Shown piece by piece: positions 31,901-47,612 of a DNA stretch of 64,000 bases. How positions within the stretch are numbered: position 1 is the first letter of the stretch; the number at the start of each line of letters is the position of its first letter. Both the position numbers and the translations under genes were made by a program. Source of the DNA: Auanema rhodensis (taxonomy: Eukaryota; Animalia; Nematoda); contig OZ059900.1 of NCBI GenBank assembly GCA_964057225.1, positions 7,192,001 to 7,256,000 on the forward strand, in the 5' to 3' direction. The notes beneath the pieces are model-generated. The model made no database searches. It worked only from the letters and a program-made list of their open reading frames with translations, and was not told where the DNA came from.

Positions 31901-34900
31901 ATCAGACCCTTTGAGATATGAATTTGAATTTGAGGATTCATAAACTTTGACTATTTTCACATATATATGTTCAATTTTAACCACTTTGGTCAAAAAGGAC
32001 CGAAAATATCAAGAATTATTGGTTTTTTGGGGTTTGAAGAGCATTTTGGCAAAATCAGTCAAACTTTTGATCTTAAGCATATTTTTTTCTTCTAAAACAA
32101 CTAAATGTATGAAATACTTTCATAGAATGTTCATATAGGTGTATTTTGCACGAATATCAAAACTGATTGAAATATGGGCCTTTTTATGCTCAAAACGCCA
32201 TATATTCAACGATTTTGGGTACAAAACATGTGAAAACTGTATGTTTTGATCAGACCCTTTGAGATATGGATTTGAATTTCAGGATTCATAAACTTTGACT
32301 ATTTTCACATATATATGTTCAATTTTAACCACTTTGGTCAAAAAGGACCGAAAATATCAAGAATTATTGGTTTTTTGGGGTTTGAAGGGCATTTTGGCAA
32401 AATCAGTCAAACTTTTGATCTTAAGCATATTGTTTTCTTCTAAAACGACTAAATGTATGAAATACTGTCATAGAATGTTCATATATGTGTATTTTGCACG
32501 AATATCAAAACTGATTGAAATATGGGCCTTTTTATGCTCAAAACGCCATATATTCAACGATTTTGGGTACAAAACATGTGAAAACTGTATGTTTTGATCA
32601 GACCCTTTGAGATATGGATTTGAATTTCAGGATTCATAAACTTTGACTATTTTCACATATATATGTTCAATTTTAACCACTTTGGTCAAAAAGGACCGAA
32701 AATATCAAGAATTATTGGTTTTTTGGGGTTTGAAGAGCATTTTGGCAAAATCAGTCAAACTTTTGATCTTAAGCATATTTTTTTCTTCTAAAACAACTAA
32801 ATGTATGAAATACTTTCATAGAATGTTCATATAGGTGTATTTTGCACGAATATCAAAACTGATTGAAATATGGGCCTTTTTATGCTCAAAACGCCATATA
32901 TTCAACGATTTTGGGTACAAAACATGTGAAAACTGTATGTTTTGATCAGACCCTTTGAGATATGAATATGAATTTGAGGATTCATAAACTTTGACTATTT
33001 TCACATATATATGTTCAATTTTAACCACTTTGGTCAAAAAGGACCGAAAATATCAAGAATTATTGGTTTTTTGGGGTTTGAAGGGCATTTTGGCAAAATC
33101 AGTCAAACTTTTGATCTTAAACATATTTTTTTCTTCTAAAACAACTAAATGTATGAAATACTTTCATAGAATGTTCATATAGGTGTATTTTGCACGAATA
33201 TCAAAACTGATTGAAATATGGGCCTTTTTATGCTCAAAACGCCATATATTCAACGATTTTGGGTACAAAACATGTGAAAACTGTATGTTTTGATCAGACC
33301 CTTTGAGATATGGATTTGAATTTGAGGATTCATAAACTTTGACTATTTTCACATATATATGTTCAATTTTAACCACTTTGGTCAAAAAGGACCGAAAATA
33401 TCAAGAATTATTGGTTTTTTGGGGTTTGAAGGGCATTTTGGCAAAATCAGTCAAACTTTTGATCTTAAGCATATTTTTTTCTTCTAAAACGACTAAATGT
33501 ATGAAATACCGTCATAGAATGTTCATATAGGTGTATTTTGCACGAATATCAAAACTGATTGAAATATGGGTCTTTTTATGCTCAAAACGCCATATATTCA
33601 ACGATTTTGGGTACAAAACATGTGAAAACTGTATGTTTTGATCAGACCCTTTGAGATATGGATTTGAAATTCAGGATTCATAAACTTTGACTATTTTCAC
33701 ATATATATGTTCAATTTTAACCACTTTGGTCAAAAAGGACCGAAAATATCAAGAATTATTGGTTTTTTGGGGGTTTGAAGAGCATTTTGGCAAAATCAGT
33801 CAAACTTTTGATCTTAAGCATATTTTTTTCTTCTAAAACAACTAAATGTATGAAATACTTTCATAGAATGTTCATATAGGTGTATTTTGCACGAATATCA
33901 AAACTGATTGAAATATGGGCCTTTTTATGCTCAAAACGCCATATATTCAACGATTTTGGGTACAAAACATGTGAAAACTGTATGTTTTGATCAGACCCTT
34001 TGAGATATGGATTTGAATTTGAGGATTCATAAACTTTGACTATTTTCACATATATATGTTCAATTTTAACCACTTTGGTCAAAAAGGACCGAAAATATCA
34101 AGAATTATTGGTTTTTTGGGGTTTGAAGGGCATTTTGGCAAAATCAGTCAAACTTTTGATCTTAAGCATATTTTTTTCTTCTAAAACGACTAAATGTATG
34201 AAATACTTTCATAAAATGTTCATATAGGTGTATTTTGCACGAATATCAAAACTGATTGAAATATGGGCCTTTTTATGCTCAAAACGCCATATATTCAACG
34301 ATTTTGGGTACAAAACATGTGAAAACTGTATGTTTTGATCAGACCCTTTGAGATATGGATTTGAATTTCAGGATTCATAAACTTTGACTATTTTCACATA
34401 TATATGTTCAATTTTAACCACTTTGGTCAAAAAGGACCGAAAATATCAAGAATTATTGGTTTTTTGGGGTTTGAAGGGCATTTTGGCAAAATCAGTCAAA
34501 CTTTTGATCTTATGCATATTGTTTTCTTCTAAAACGACTAAATGTATGAAATACTGTCATAGAATGTTCATATATGTGTATTTTGCACGAATATCAAAAC
34601 TGATTGAAATATGGGCCTTTTTATGCTCAAAACGCCATATATTCAACGATTTTGGGTACAAAACATGTGAAAACTGTATGTTTTGATCAGACCCTTTGAG
34701 ATATGGATTTGAATTTCAGGATTCATAAACTTTGACTATTTTCACATATATATGTTCAATTTTAACCACTTTGGTCAAAAAGGACCGAAAATATCAAGAA
34801 TTATTGGTTTTTTGGGGTTTGAAGAGCATTTTGGCAAAATCAGTCAAACTTTTGATCTTAAGCATATTTTTTTCTTCTAAAACAACTAAATGTATGAAAT

Positions 34901-37900
34901 ACTTTCATAGAATGTTCATATAGGTGTATTTTGCACGAATATCAAAACTGATTGAAATATGGGCCTTTTTATGCTCAAAACGCCATATATTCAACGATTT
35001 TGGGTACAAAACATGTGAAAACTGTATGTTTTGATCAGACCCTTTGAGATATGAATTTGAATTTGAGGATTCATAAACTTTGACTATTTTCACATATATA
35101 TGTTCAATTTTAACCACTTTGGTCAAAAAGGACCGAAAATATCAAGAATTATTGGTTTTTTGGGGTTTGAAGAGCATTTTGGCAAAATCAGTCAAACTTT
35201 TGATCTTAAGCATATTTTTTTCTTCTAAAACAACTAAATGTATGAAATACTTTCATAGAATGTTCATATAGGTGTATTTTGCACGAATATCAAAACTGAT
35301 TGAAATATGGGCCTTTTTATGTTCAAAACGCCATATATTCAACGATTTTGGGTACAAAACATGTGAAAACTGTATGTTTTGATCAGACCCTTTGAGATAT
35401 GGATTTGAATTTCAGGATTCATAAACTTTGACTATTTTCACATATATATGTTCAATTTTAACCACTTTGGTCAAAAAGGACCGAAAATATCAAGAATTAT
35501 TGGTTTTTTGGGGTTTGAAGAGCATTTTGGCAAAATCAGTCAAACTTTTGATCTTAAGCATATTTTTTTCTTCTAAAACAACTAAATGTATGAAATACTT
35601 TCATAGAATGTTCATATAGGTGTATTTTGCACGAATATCAAAACTGATTGAAATATGGGCTTTTTTATGCTCAAAACGCCATATATTCAACGATTTTGGG
35701 TACAAAACATGTGAAAACTGTATGTTTTGATCAGACCCTTTGAGATATGAATTTGAATTTGAGGATTCATAAACTTTGACTATTTTCACATATATATGTT
35801 CAATTTTAACCACTTTGGTCAAAAAGGACCGAAAATATCAAGAATTATTGGTTTTTTGGGGTTTGAAGAGCATTTTGGCAAAATCAGTCAAACTTTTGAT
35901 CTTAAGCATATTTTTTTCTTCTAAAACAACTAAATGTATGAAATACTTTCATAGAATGTTCATATAGGTGTATTTTGCACGAATATCAAAACTGATTGAA
36001 ATATGGGCCTTTTTATGCTCAAAACGCCATATATTCAACGATTTTGGGTACAAAACATGTGAAAACTGTATGTTTTGATCAGACCCTTTGAGATATGGAT
36101 TTGAATTTCAGGATTCATAAACTTTGACTATTTTCACATATATATGTTCAATTTTAACCACTTTGGTCAAAAAGGACCGAAAATATCAAGAATTATTGGT
36201 TTTTTGGGGTTTGAAGGGCATTTTGGCAAAATCAGTCAAACTTTTGATCTTAAGCATATTGTTTTCTTCTAAAACGACTAAATGTATGAAATACTGTCAT
36301 AGAATGTTCATATATGTGTATTTTGCACGAATATCAAAACTGATTGAAATATGGGCCTTTTTATGCTCAAAACGCCATATATTCAACGATTTTGGGTACA
36401 AAACATGTGAAAACTGTATGTTTTGATCAGACCCTTTGAGATATGGATTTGAATTTCAGGATTCATAAACTTTGACTATTTTCACATATATATGTTCAAT
36501 TTTAACCACTTTGGTCAAAAAGGACCGAAAATATCAAGAATTATTGGTTTTTTGGGGTTTGAAGAGCATTTTGGCAAAATCAGTCAAACTTTTGATCTTA
36601 AGCATATTTTTTTCTTCTAAAACAACTAAATGTATGAAATACTTTCATAGAATGTTCATATAGGTGTATTTTGCACGAATATCAAAACTGATTGAAATAT
36701 GGGCCTTTTTATGTTCAAAACGCCATATATTCAACGATTTTGGGTACAAAACATGTGAAAACTGTATGTTTTGATCAGACCCTTTGAGATATGGATTTGA
36801 ATTTCAGGATTCATAAACTTTGACTATTTTCACATATATATGTTCAATTTTAACCACTTTGGTCAAAAAGGACCGAAAATATCAAGAATTATTGGTTTTT
36901 TGGGGTTTGAAGAGCATTTTGGCAAAATCAGTCAAACTTTTGATCTTAAGCATATTTTTTTCTTCTAAAACAACTAAATGTATGAAATACTTTCATAGAA
37001 TGTTCATATAGGTGTATTTTGCACGAATATCAAAACTGATTGAAATATGGGCTTTTTTATGCTCAAAACGCCATATATTCAACGATTTTGGGTACAAAAC
37101 ATGTGAAAACTGTATGTTTTGATCAGACCCTTTGAGATATGAATTTGAATTTGAGGATTCATAAACTTTGACTATTTTCACATATATATGTTCAATTTTA
37201 ACCACTTTGGTCAAAAAGGACCGAAAATATCAAGAATTATTGGTTTTTTGGGGTTTGAAGAGCATTTTGGCAAAATCAGTCAAACTTTTGATCTTAAGCA
37301 TATTTTTTTCTTCTAAAACAACTAAATGTATGAAATACTTTCATAGAATGTTCATATAGGTGTATTTTGCACGAATATCAAAACTGATTGAAATATGGGC
37401 CTTTTTATGCTCAAAACGCCATATATTCAACGATTTTGGGTACAAAACATGTGAAAACTGTATGTTTTGATCAGACCCTTTGAGATATGGATTTGAATTT
37501 CAGGATTCATAAACTTTGACTATTTTCACATATATATGTTCAATTTTAACCACTTTGGTCAAAAAGGACCGAAAATATCAAGAATTATTGGTTTTTTGGG
37601 GTTTGAAGGGCATTTTGGCAAAATCAGTCAAACTTTTGATCTTAAGCATATTGTTTTCTTCTAAAACGACTAAATGTATGAAATACTGTCATAGAATGTT
37701 CATATATGTGTATTTTGCACGAATATCAAAACTGATTGAAATATGGGCCTTTTTATGCTCAAAACGCCATATATTCAACGATTTTGGGTACAAAACATGT
37801 GAAAACTGTATGTTTTGATCAGACCCTTTGAGATATGGATTTGAATTTCAGGATTCATAAACTTTGACTATTTTCACATATATATGTTCAATTTTAACCA

Positions 37901-40900
37901 CTTTGGTCAAAAAGGACCGAAAATATCAAGAATTATTGGTTTTTTGGGGTTTGAAGGGCATTTTGGCAAAATCAGTCAAACTTTTGATCTTAAGCATATT
38001 GTTTTCTTCTAAAACGACTAAATGTATGAAATACTGTCATGGAATGTTCATATATGTGTATTTTGCACGAATATCAAAACTGATTGAAATATGGGCCTTT
38101 TTATACTCAAAACGCCATATATTCAACGATTTTGGGTACAAAACATGTGAAAACTGTATGTTTTGATCAGACCCTTTGAGATATGGATTTGAATTTCAGG
38201 ATTCATAAACGTTGACTATTTTCACATATATATGTTCAATTTTAACCACTTTGGTCAAAAAGGACCGAAAATATCAAGAATTATTGGTTTTTTGGGGGTT
38301 TGAAGAGCATTTTGGCAAAATCAGTCAAACTTTTGATCTTAAGCATATTTTTTTCTTCTAAAACAACTAAATGTATGAAATACTTTCATAGAATGTTCAT
38401 ATAGGTGTATTTTGCACGAATATCAAAACTGATTGAAATATGGGCCTTTTTATGCTCAAAACGCCATATATTCAACGATTTTGGGTACAAAACATGTGAA
38501 AACTGTATGTTTTGATCAGACCCTTTGAGATATGGATTTGAATTTGAGGATTCATAAACTTTGACTATTTTCACATATATATGTTCAATTTTAACCACTT
38601 TGGTCAAAAAGGACCGAAAATATCAAGAATTATTGGTTTTTTGGGGTTTGAAGGGCATTTTGGCAAAATCAGTCAAACTTTTGATCTTAAGCATATTTTT
38701 TTCTTCTAAAACGACTAAATGTATGAAATACTTTCATAAAATGTTCATATAGGTGTATTTTGCACGAATATCAAAACTGATTGAAATATGGGCCTTTTTA
38801 TGCTCAAAACGCCATATATTCAACGATTTTGGGTACAAAACATGTGAAAACTGTATGTTTTGATCAGACCCTTTGAGATATGGATTTGAATTTCAGGATT
38901 CATAAACTTTGACTATTTTCACATATATATGTTCAATTTTAACCACTTTGGTCAAAAAGGACCGAAAATATCAAGAATTATTGGTTTTTTGGGGTTTGAA
39001 GGGCATTTTGGCAAAATCAGTCAAACTTTTGATCTTATGCATATTGTTTTCTTCTAAAACGACTAAATGTATGAAATACTGTCATAGAATGTTCATATAT
39101 GTGTATTTTGCACGAATATCAAAACTGATTGAAATATGGGCCTTTTTATGCTCAAAACGCCATATATTCAACGATTTTGGGTACAAAACATGTGAAAACT
39201 GTATGTTTTGATCAGACCCTTTGAGATATGGATTTGAATTTCAGGATTCATAAACTTTGACTATTTTCACATATATATGTTCAATTTTAACCACTTTGGT
39301 CAAAAAGGACCGAAAATATCAAGAATTATTGGTTTTTTGGGGTTTGAAGAGCATTTTGGCAAAATCAGTCAAACTTTTGATCTTAAGCATATTTTTTTCT
39401 TCTAAAACAACTAAATGTATGAAATACTTTCATAGAATGTTCATATAGGTGTATTTTGCACGAATATCAAAACTGATTGAAATATGGGCCTTTTTATGCT
39501 CAAAACGCCATATATTCAACGATTTTGGGTACAAAACATGTGAAAACTGTATGTTTTGATCAGACCCTTTGAGATATGAATTTGAATTTGAGGATTCATA
39601 AACTTTGACTATTTTCACATATATATGTTCAATTTTAACCACTTTGGTCAAAAAGGACCGAAAATATCAAGAATTATTGGTTTTTTGGGGTTTGAAGAGC
39701 ATTTTGGCAAAATCAGTCAAACTTTTGATCTTAAGCATATTTTTTTCTTCTAAAACAACTAAATGTATGAAATACTTTCATAGAATGTTCATATAGGTGT
39801 ATTTTGCACGAATATCAAAACTGATTGAAATATGGGCCTTTTTATGCTCAAAACGCCATATATTCAACGATTTTGGGTACAAAACATGTGAAAACTGTAT
39901 GTTTTGATCAGACCCTTTGAGATATGGATTTGAATTTCAGGATTCATAAACTTTGACTATTTTCACATATATATGTTCAATTTTAACCACTTTGGTCAAA
40001 AAGGACCGAAAATATCAAGAATTATTGGTTTTTTGGGGTTTGAAGGGCATTTTGGCAAAATCAGTCAAACTTTTGATCTTAAGCATATTGTTTTCTTCTA
40101 AAACGACTAAATGTATGAAATACTGTCATAGAATGTTCATATATGTGTATTTTGCACGAATATCAAAACTGATTGAAATATGGGCCTTTTTATGCTCAAA
40201 ACGCCATATATTCAACGATTTTGGGTACAAAACATGTGAAAACTGTATGTTTTGATCAGACCCTTTGAGATATGGATTTGAATTTCAGGATTCATAAACT
40301 TTGACTATTTTCACATATATATGTTCAATTTTAACCACTTTGGTCAAAAAGGACCGAAAATATCAAGAATTATTGGTTTTTTGGGGTTTGAAGAGCATTT
40401 TGGCAAAATCAGTCAAACTTTTGATCTTAAGCATATTTTTTTCTTCTAAAACAACTAAATGTATGAAATACTTTCATAGAATGTTCATATAGGTGTATTT
40501 TGCACGAATATCAAAACTGATTGAAATATGGGCCTTTTTATGCTCAAAACGCCATATATTCAACGATTTTGGGTACAAAACATGTGAAAACTGTATGTTT
40601 TGATCAGACCCTTTGAGATATGAATTTGAATTTGAGGATTCATAAACTTTGACTATTTTCACATATATATGTTCAATTTTAACCACTTTGGTCAAAAAGG
40701 ACCGAAAATATCAAGAATTATTGGTTTTTTGGGGTTTGAAGGGCATTTTGGCAAAATCAGTCAAACTTTTGATCTTAAACATATTTTTTTCTTCTAAAAC
40801 AACTAAATGTATGAAATACTTTCATAGAATGTTCATATAGGTGTATTTTGCACGAATATCAAAACTGATTGAAATATGGGCCTTTTTATGCTCAAAACGC

Positions 40901-42040
40901 CATATATTCAACGATTTTGGGTACAAAACATGTGAAAACTGTATGTTTTGATCAGACCCTTTGAGATATGGATTTGAATTTGAGGATTCATAAACTTTGA
41001 CTATTTTCACATATATATGTTCAATTTTAACCACTTTGGTCAAAAAGGACCGAAAATATCAAGAATTATTGGTTTTTTGGGGTTTGAAGGGCATTTTGGC
41101 AAAATCAGTCAAACTTTTGATCTTAAGCATATTTTTTTCTTCTAAAACGACTAAATGTATGAAATACCGTCATAGAATGTTCATATAGGTGTATTTTGCA
41201 CGAATATCAAAACTGATTGAAATATGGGCCTTTTTATGCTCAAAACGCCATATATTCAACGATTTTGGGTACAAAACATGTGAAAACTGTATGTTTTGAT
41301 CAGACCCTTTGAGATATGGATTTGAAATTCAGGATTCATAAACTTTGACTATTTTTACATATATATGTCCAATTTTAACCACTTTGGTCAAAAAGGACCG
41401 AAAATATCAAGAATTATTGGTTTTTTGGGGTTTGAAGGGCATTTTGGCAAAATCAGTCAAACTTTTGATCTTAAGCATATTTTTTTCTTCTAAAACGACT
41501 AAATGTATGAAATACCGTCATAGAATGTTCATATAGGTGTATTTTGCACGAATATCAAAACTGATTGAAATATGGGCCTTTTTATGCTCAAAACGCCATA
41601 TATTCAACGATTTTGGGTACAAAACATGTGAAAACTGTATGTTTTGATCAGACCCTTTGAGATATGGATTTGAATTTGAGGATTCATAAACTTTGACTAT
41701 TTTCACATATATATGTTCAATTTTAACCACTTTGGTCAAAAAGGACCGAAAATATCAAGAATTATTGGTTTTTTGGGGTTTGAAGGGCATTTTGGCAAAA
41801 TAAGTCAAACTTTTGATCTTAAGCATATTTTTTTCTTCTAAAACGACTAAATGTATGAAATACCGTCATAGAATGTTCATATAGGTGTATTTTGCACGAA
41901 TATCAAAACTGATTGAAATATGGGTCTTTTTATGCTCAAAACGCCATATATTCAACGATTTTGGGTACAAAACATGTGAAAACTGTATGTTTTGATCAGA
42001 CCCTTTGAGATATGGATTTGAATTTGAGGATTCATAAACT

Positions 42041-45000
42041 TTGACTATTTTCACATATTTATGTTCAAATTTAACCACTTTGGTCAAAAAGGACCGAAAA
42101 TATCAAGAATTATTGGTTTTTTGGGGTTTGAAGGGCATTTTGTCAAAATCAGTCAAACTTTTGATCTTAAGCATATTTTTTTCTTCTAAAACAACTAAAT
42201 GTATGAAATACTTTCATAGAATGTTCATATAGGTGTATTTTGCACGAATATCAAAACTGATTGAAATATGGGCCTTTTTATGCTCAAAACGCCATATATT
42301 CAACGATTTTGGGTACAAAACATGTGAAAACTGTATGTTTTGATCAGACCCTTTGAGATATGGATTTGAATTTCAGGATTCATAAACTTTGACTATTTTC
42401 ACATATATATGTTCAATTTTAACCACTTTGGTCAAAAAGGACCGAAAATATCAAGAATTATTGGTTTTTTGGGGTTTGAAGAGCATTTTGGCAAAATCAG
42501 TCAAACTTTTGATCTTAAGCATATTTTTTTCTTCTAAAACAACTAAATGTATGAAATACTTTCATAGAATGTTCATATAGGTGTATTTTGCACGAATATC
42601 AAAACTGATTGAAATATGGGCCTTTTTATGCTCAAAACGCCATATATTCAACGATTTTGGGTACAAAACATGTGAAAACTGTATGTTTTGATCAGACCCT
42701 TTGAGATATGAATTTGAATTTGAGGATTCATAAACTTTGACTATTTTCACATATATATGTTCAATTTTAACCACTTTGGTCAAAAAGGACCGAAAATATC
42801 AAGAATTATTGGTTTTTTGGGGTTTGAAGAGCATTTTGGCAAAATCAGTCAAACTTTTGATCTTAAGCATATTTTTTTCTTCTAAAACAACTAAATGTAT
42901 GAAATACTTTCATAGAATGTTCATATAGGTGTATTTTGCACGAATATCAAAACTGATTGAAATATGGGCCTTTTTATGCTCAAAACGCCATATATTCAAC
43001 GATTTTGGGTACAAAACATGTGAAAACTGTATGTTTTGATCAGACCCTTTGAGATATGGATTTGAATTTCAGGATTCATAAACTTTGACTATTTTCACAT
43101 ATATATGTTCAATTTTAACCACTTTGGTCAAAAAGGACCGAAAATATCAAGAATTATTGGTTTTTTGGGGTTTGAAGGGCATTTTGGCAAAATCAGTCAA
43201 ACTTTTGATCTTAAGCATATTGTTTTCTTCTAAAACGACTAAATGTATGAAATACTGTCATAGAATGTTCATATAGGTGTATTTTGCACGAATATCAAAA
43301 CTGATTGAAATATGGGCCTTTTTATGCTCAAAACGCCATATATTCAACGATTTTGGGTACAAAACATGTGAAAACTGTATGTTTTGATCAGACCCTTTGA
43401 GATATGGATTTGAATTTCAGGATTCATAAACTTTGACTATTTTCACATATATATGTTCAATTTTAACCACTTTGGTCAAAAAGGACCGAAAATATCAAGA
43501 ATTATTGGTTTTTTGGGGGTTTGAAGAGCATTTTGGCAAAATCAGTCAAACTTTTGATCTTAAGCATATTTTTTTCTTCTAAAACAACTAAATGTATGAA
43601 ATACTTTCATAGAATGTTCATATAGGTGTATTTTGCACGAATATCAAAACTGATTGAAATATGGGCCTTTTTATGCTCAAAACGCCATATATTCAACGAT
43701 TTTGGGTACAAAACATGTGAAAACTGTATGTTTTGATCAGACCCTTTGAGATATGGATTTGAATTTGACGATTCATAAACTTTGACTATTTTCACATATA
43801 TATGTTCAATTTTAACCACTTTGGTCAAAAAGGACCGAAAATATCAAGAATTATTGGTTTTTTGGGGTTTGAAGGGCATTTTGGCAAAATCAGTCAAACT
43901 TTTGATCTTAAGCATATTTTTTTCTTCTAAAACGACTAAATGTATGAAATACTTTCATAAAATGTTCATATAGGTGTATTTTGCACGAATATCAAAACTG
44001 ATTGAAATATGGGCCTTTTTATGCTCAAAACGCCATATATTCAACGATTTTGGGTACAAAACATGTGAAAACTGTATGTTTTGATCAGACCCTTTGAGAT
44101 ATGGATTTGAATTTCAGGATTCATAAACTTTGACTATTTTCACATATATATGTTCAATTTTAACCACTTTGGTCAAAAAGGACCGAAAATATCAAGAATT
44201 ATTGGTTTTTTGGGGTTTGAAGGGCATTTTGGCAAAATCAGTCAAACTTTTGATCTTAAGCATATTGTTTTCTTCTAAAACGACTAAATGTATGAAATAC
44301 TGTCATAGAATGTTCATATATGTGTATTTTGCACGAATATCAAAACTGATTGAAATATGGGCCTTTTTATACTCAAAACGCCATATATTCAACGATTTTG
44401 GGTACAAAACATGTGAAAACTGTATGTTTTGATCAGACCCTTTGAGATATGGATTTGAATTTCAGGATTCATAAACTTTGACTATTTTCACATATATATG
44501 TTCAATTTTAACCACTTTGGTCAAAAAGGACCGAAAATATCAAGAATTATTGGTTTTTTGGGGGTTTGAAGAGCATTTTGGCAAAATCAGTCAAACTTTT
44601 GATCTTAAGCATATTTTTTTCTTCTAAAACAACTAAATGTATGAAATACTTTCATAGAATGTTCATATAGGTGTATTTTGCACGAATATCAAAACTGATT
44701 GAAATATGGGCCTTTTTATGCTCAAAACGCCATATATTCAACGATTTTGGGTACAAAACATGTGAAAACTGTATGTTTTGATCAGACCCTTTGAGATATG
44801 GATTTGGAATTCAGGATTCATAAACTTTGACTATTTTTACATATATATGTTCAATTTTAACCACTCTGGTCAAAAAGGACCGAAAATATCAAGAATTATT
44901 GGTTTTTTGGGGTTTGAAGGGCATTTTGTCAAAATCAGTCAAACTTTTGATCTTAAGCATATTTTTTTCTTCTAAAACAACTAAATGTATGAAATACTTT

Positions 45001-47612
45001 CATAGAATGTTCATATAGGTGTATTTTGCACGAATATCAAAACTGATTGAAATATGGGCCTTTTTATGCTCAAAACGCCATATATTCAACGATTTTGGGT
45101 ACAAAACATGTGAAAACTGTATGTTTTGATCAGACCCTTTGAGATATGGATTTGAATTTCAGGATTCATAAACTTTGACTATTTTCACATATATATGTTC
45201 AATTTTAACCACTTTGGTCAAAAACGACCGAAAATATCAAGAATTATTGGTTTTTTGGGGTTTGAAGAGCATTTTGGCAAAATCAGTCAAACTTTTGATC
45301 TTAAGCATATTTTTTTCTTCTAAAACAACTAAATGTATGAAATACTTTCATAGAATGTTCATATAGGTGTATTTTGCACGAATATCAAAACTGATTGAAA
45401 TATGGGCCTTTTTATGCTCAAAACGCCATATATTCAACGATTTTGGGTACAAAACATGTGAAAACTGTATGTTTTGATCAGACCCTTTGAGATATGAATT
45501 TGAATTTGAGGATTCATAAACTTTGACTATTTTCACATATATATGTTCAATTTCAACCACTTTGGTCAAAAAGGACCGAAAATATCAAGAATTATTGGTT
45601 TTTTGGGGTTTGAAGAGCATTTTGGCAAAATCAGTCAAACTTTTGATCTTAAGCATATTTTTTTCTTCTAAAACAACTAAATGTATGAAATACTTTCATA
45701 GAATGTTCATATAGGTGTATTTTGCACGAATATCAAAACTGATTGAAATATGGGCCTTTTTATGCTCAAAACGCCATATATTCAACGATTTTGGGTACAA
45801 AACATGTGAAAACTGTATGTTTTGATCAGACCCTTTGAGATATGGATTTGAATTTCAGGATTCATAAACTTTGACTATTTTCACATATATATGTTCAATT
45901 TTAACCACTTTGGTCAAAAAGGACCGAAAATATCAAGAATTATTGGTTTTTTGGGGTTTGAAGGGCATTTTGGCAAAATCAGTCAAACTTTTGATCTTAA
46001 GCATATTGTTTTCTTCTAAAACGACTAAATGTATGAAATACTGTCATAGAATGTTCATATAGGTGTATTTTGCACGAATATCAAAACTGATTGAAATATG
46101 GGCCTTTTTATGCTCAAAACGCCATATATTCAACGATTTTGGGTACAAAACATGTGAAAACTGTATGTTTTGATCAGACCCTTTGAGATATGGATTTGAA
46201 TTTCAGGATTCATAAACTTTGACTATTTTCACATATATATGTTCAATTTTAACCACTTTGGTCAAAAAGGACCGAAAATATCAAGAATTATTGGTTTTTT
46301 GGGGGTTTGAAGAGCATTTTGGCAAAATCAGTCAAACTTTTGATCTTAAGCATATTTTTTTCTTCTAAAACAACTAAATGTATGAAATACTTTCATAGAA
46401 TGTTCATATAGGTGTATTTTGCACGAATATCAAAACTGATTGAAATATGGGCCTTTTTATGCTCAAAACGCCATATATTCAACGATTTTGGGTACAAAAC
46501 ATGTGAAAACTGTATGTTTTGATCAGACCCTTTGAGATATGGATTTGAATTTGACGATTCATAAACTTTGACTATTTTCACATATATATGTTCAATTTTA
46601 ACCACTTTGGTCAAAAAGGACCGAAAATATCAAGAATTATTGGTTTTTTGGGGTTTGAAGGGCATTTTGGCAAAATCAGTCAAACTTTTGATCTTAAGCA
46701 TATTTTTTTCTTCTAAAACGACTAAATGTATGAAATACTTTCATAAAATGTTCATATAGGTGTATTTTGCACGAATATCAAAACTGATTGAAATATGGGC
46801 CTTTTTATGCTCAAAACGCCATATATTCAACGATTTTGGGTACAAAACATGTGAAAACTGTATGTTTTGATCAGACCCTTTGAGATATGGATTTGAATTT
46901 CAGGATTCATAAACTTTGACTATTTTCACATATATATGTTCAATTTTAACCACTTTGGTCAAAAAGGACCGAAAATATCAAGAATTATTGGTTTTTTGGG
47001 GTTTGAAGGGCATTTTGGCAAAATCAGTCAAACTTTTGATCTTAAGCATATTGTTTTCTTCTAAAACGACTAAATGTATGAAATACTGTCATAGAATGTT
47101 CATATATGTGTATTTTGCACGAATATCAAAACTGATTGAAATATGGGCCTTTTTATACTCAAAACGCCATATATTCAACGATTTTGGGTACAAAACATGT
47201 GAAAACTGTATGTTTTGATCAGACCCTTTGAGATATGGATTTGAATTTCAGGATTCATAAACTTTGACTATTTTCACATATATATGTTCAATTTTAACCA
47301 CTTTGGTCAAAAAGGACCGAAAATATCAAGAATTATTGGTTTTTTGGGGGTTTGAAGAGCATTTTGGCAAAATCAGTCAAACTTTTGATCTTAAGCATAT
47401 TTTTTTCTTCTAAAACAACTAAATGTATGAAATACTTTCATAGAATGTTCATATAGGTGTATTTTGCACGAATATCAAAACTGATTGAAATATGGGCCTT
47501 TTTATGCTCAAAACGCCATATATTCAACGATTTTGGGTACAAAACATGTGAAAACTGTATGTTTTGATCAGACCCTTTGAGATATGGATTTGAATTTGAG
47601 GATTCATAAACT
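42041..47612. repeat. 8-monomer higher-order repeat (2,786 bp x2)
   Basis: The variant order (ttgtcaaaa, ttgacgattc, atactcaaaa, two 5-G monomers) repeats at 2,786 nt = 8x348+2 (42041/44827, 43085/45871, 43782/46568). Confidence 0.85.
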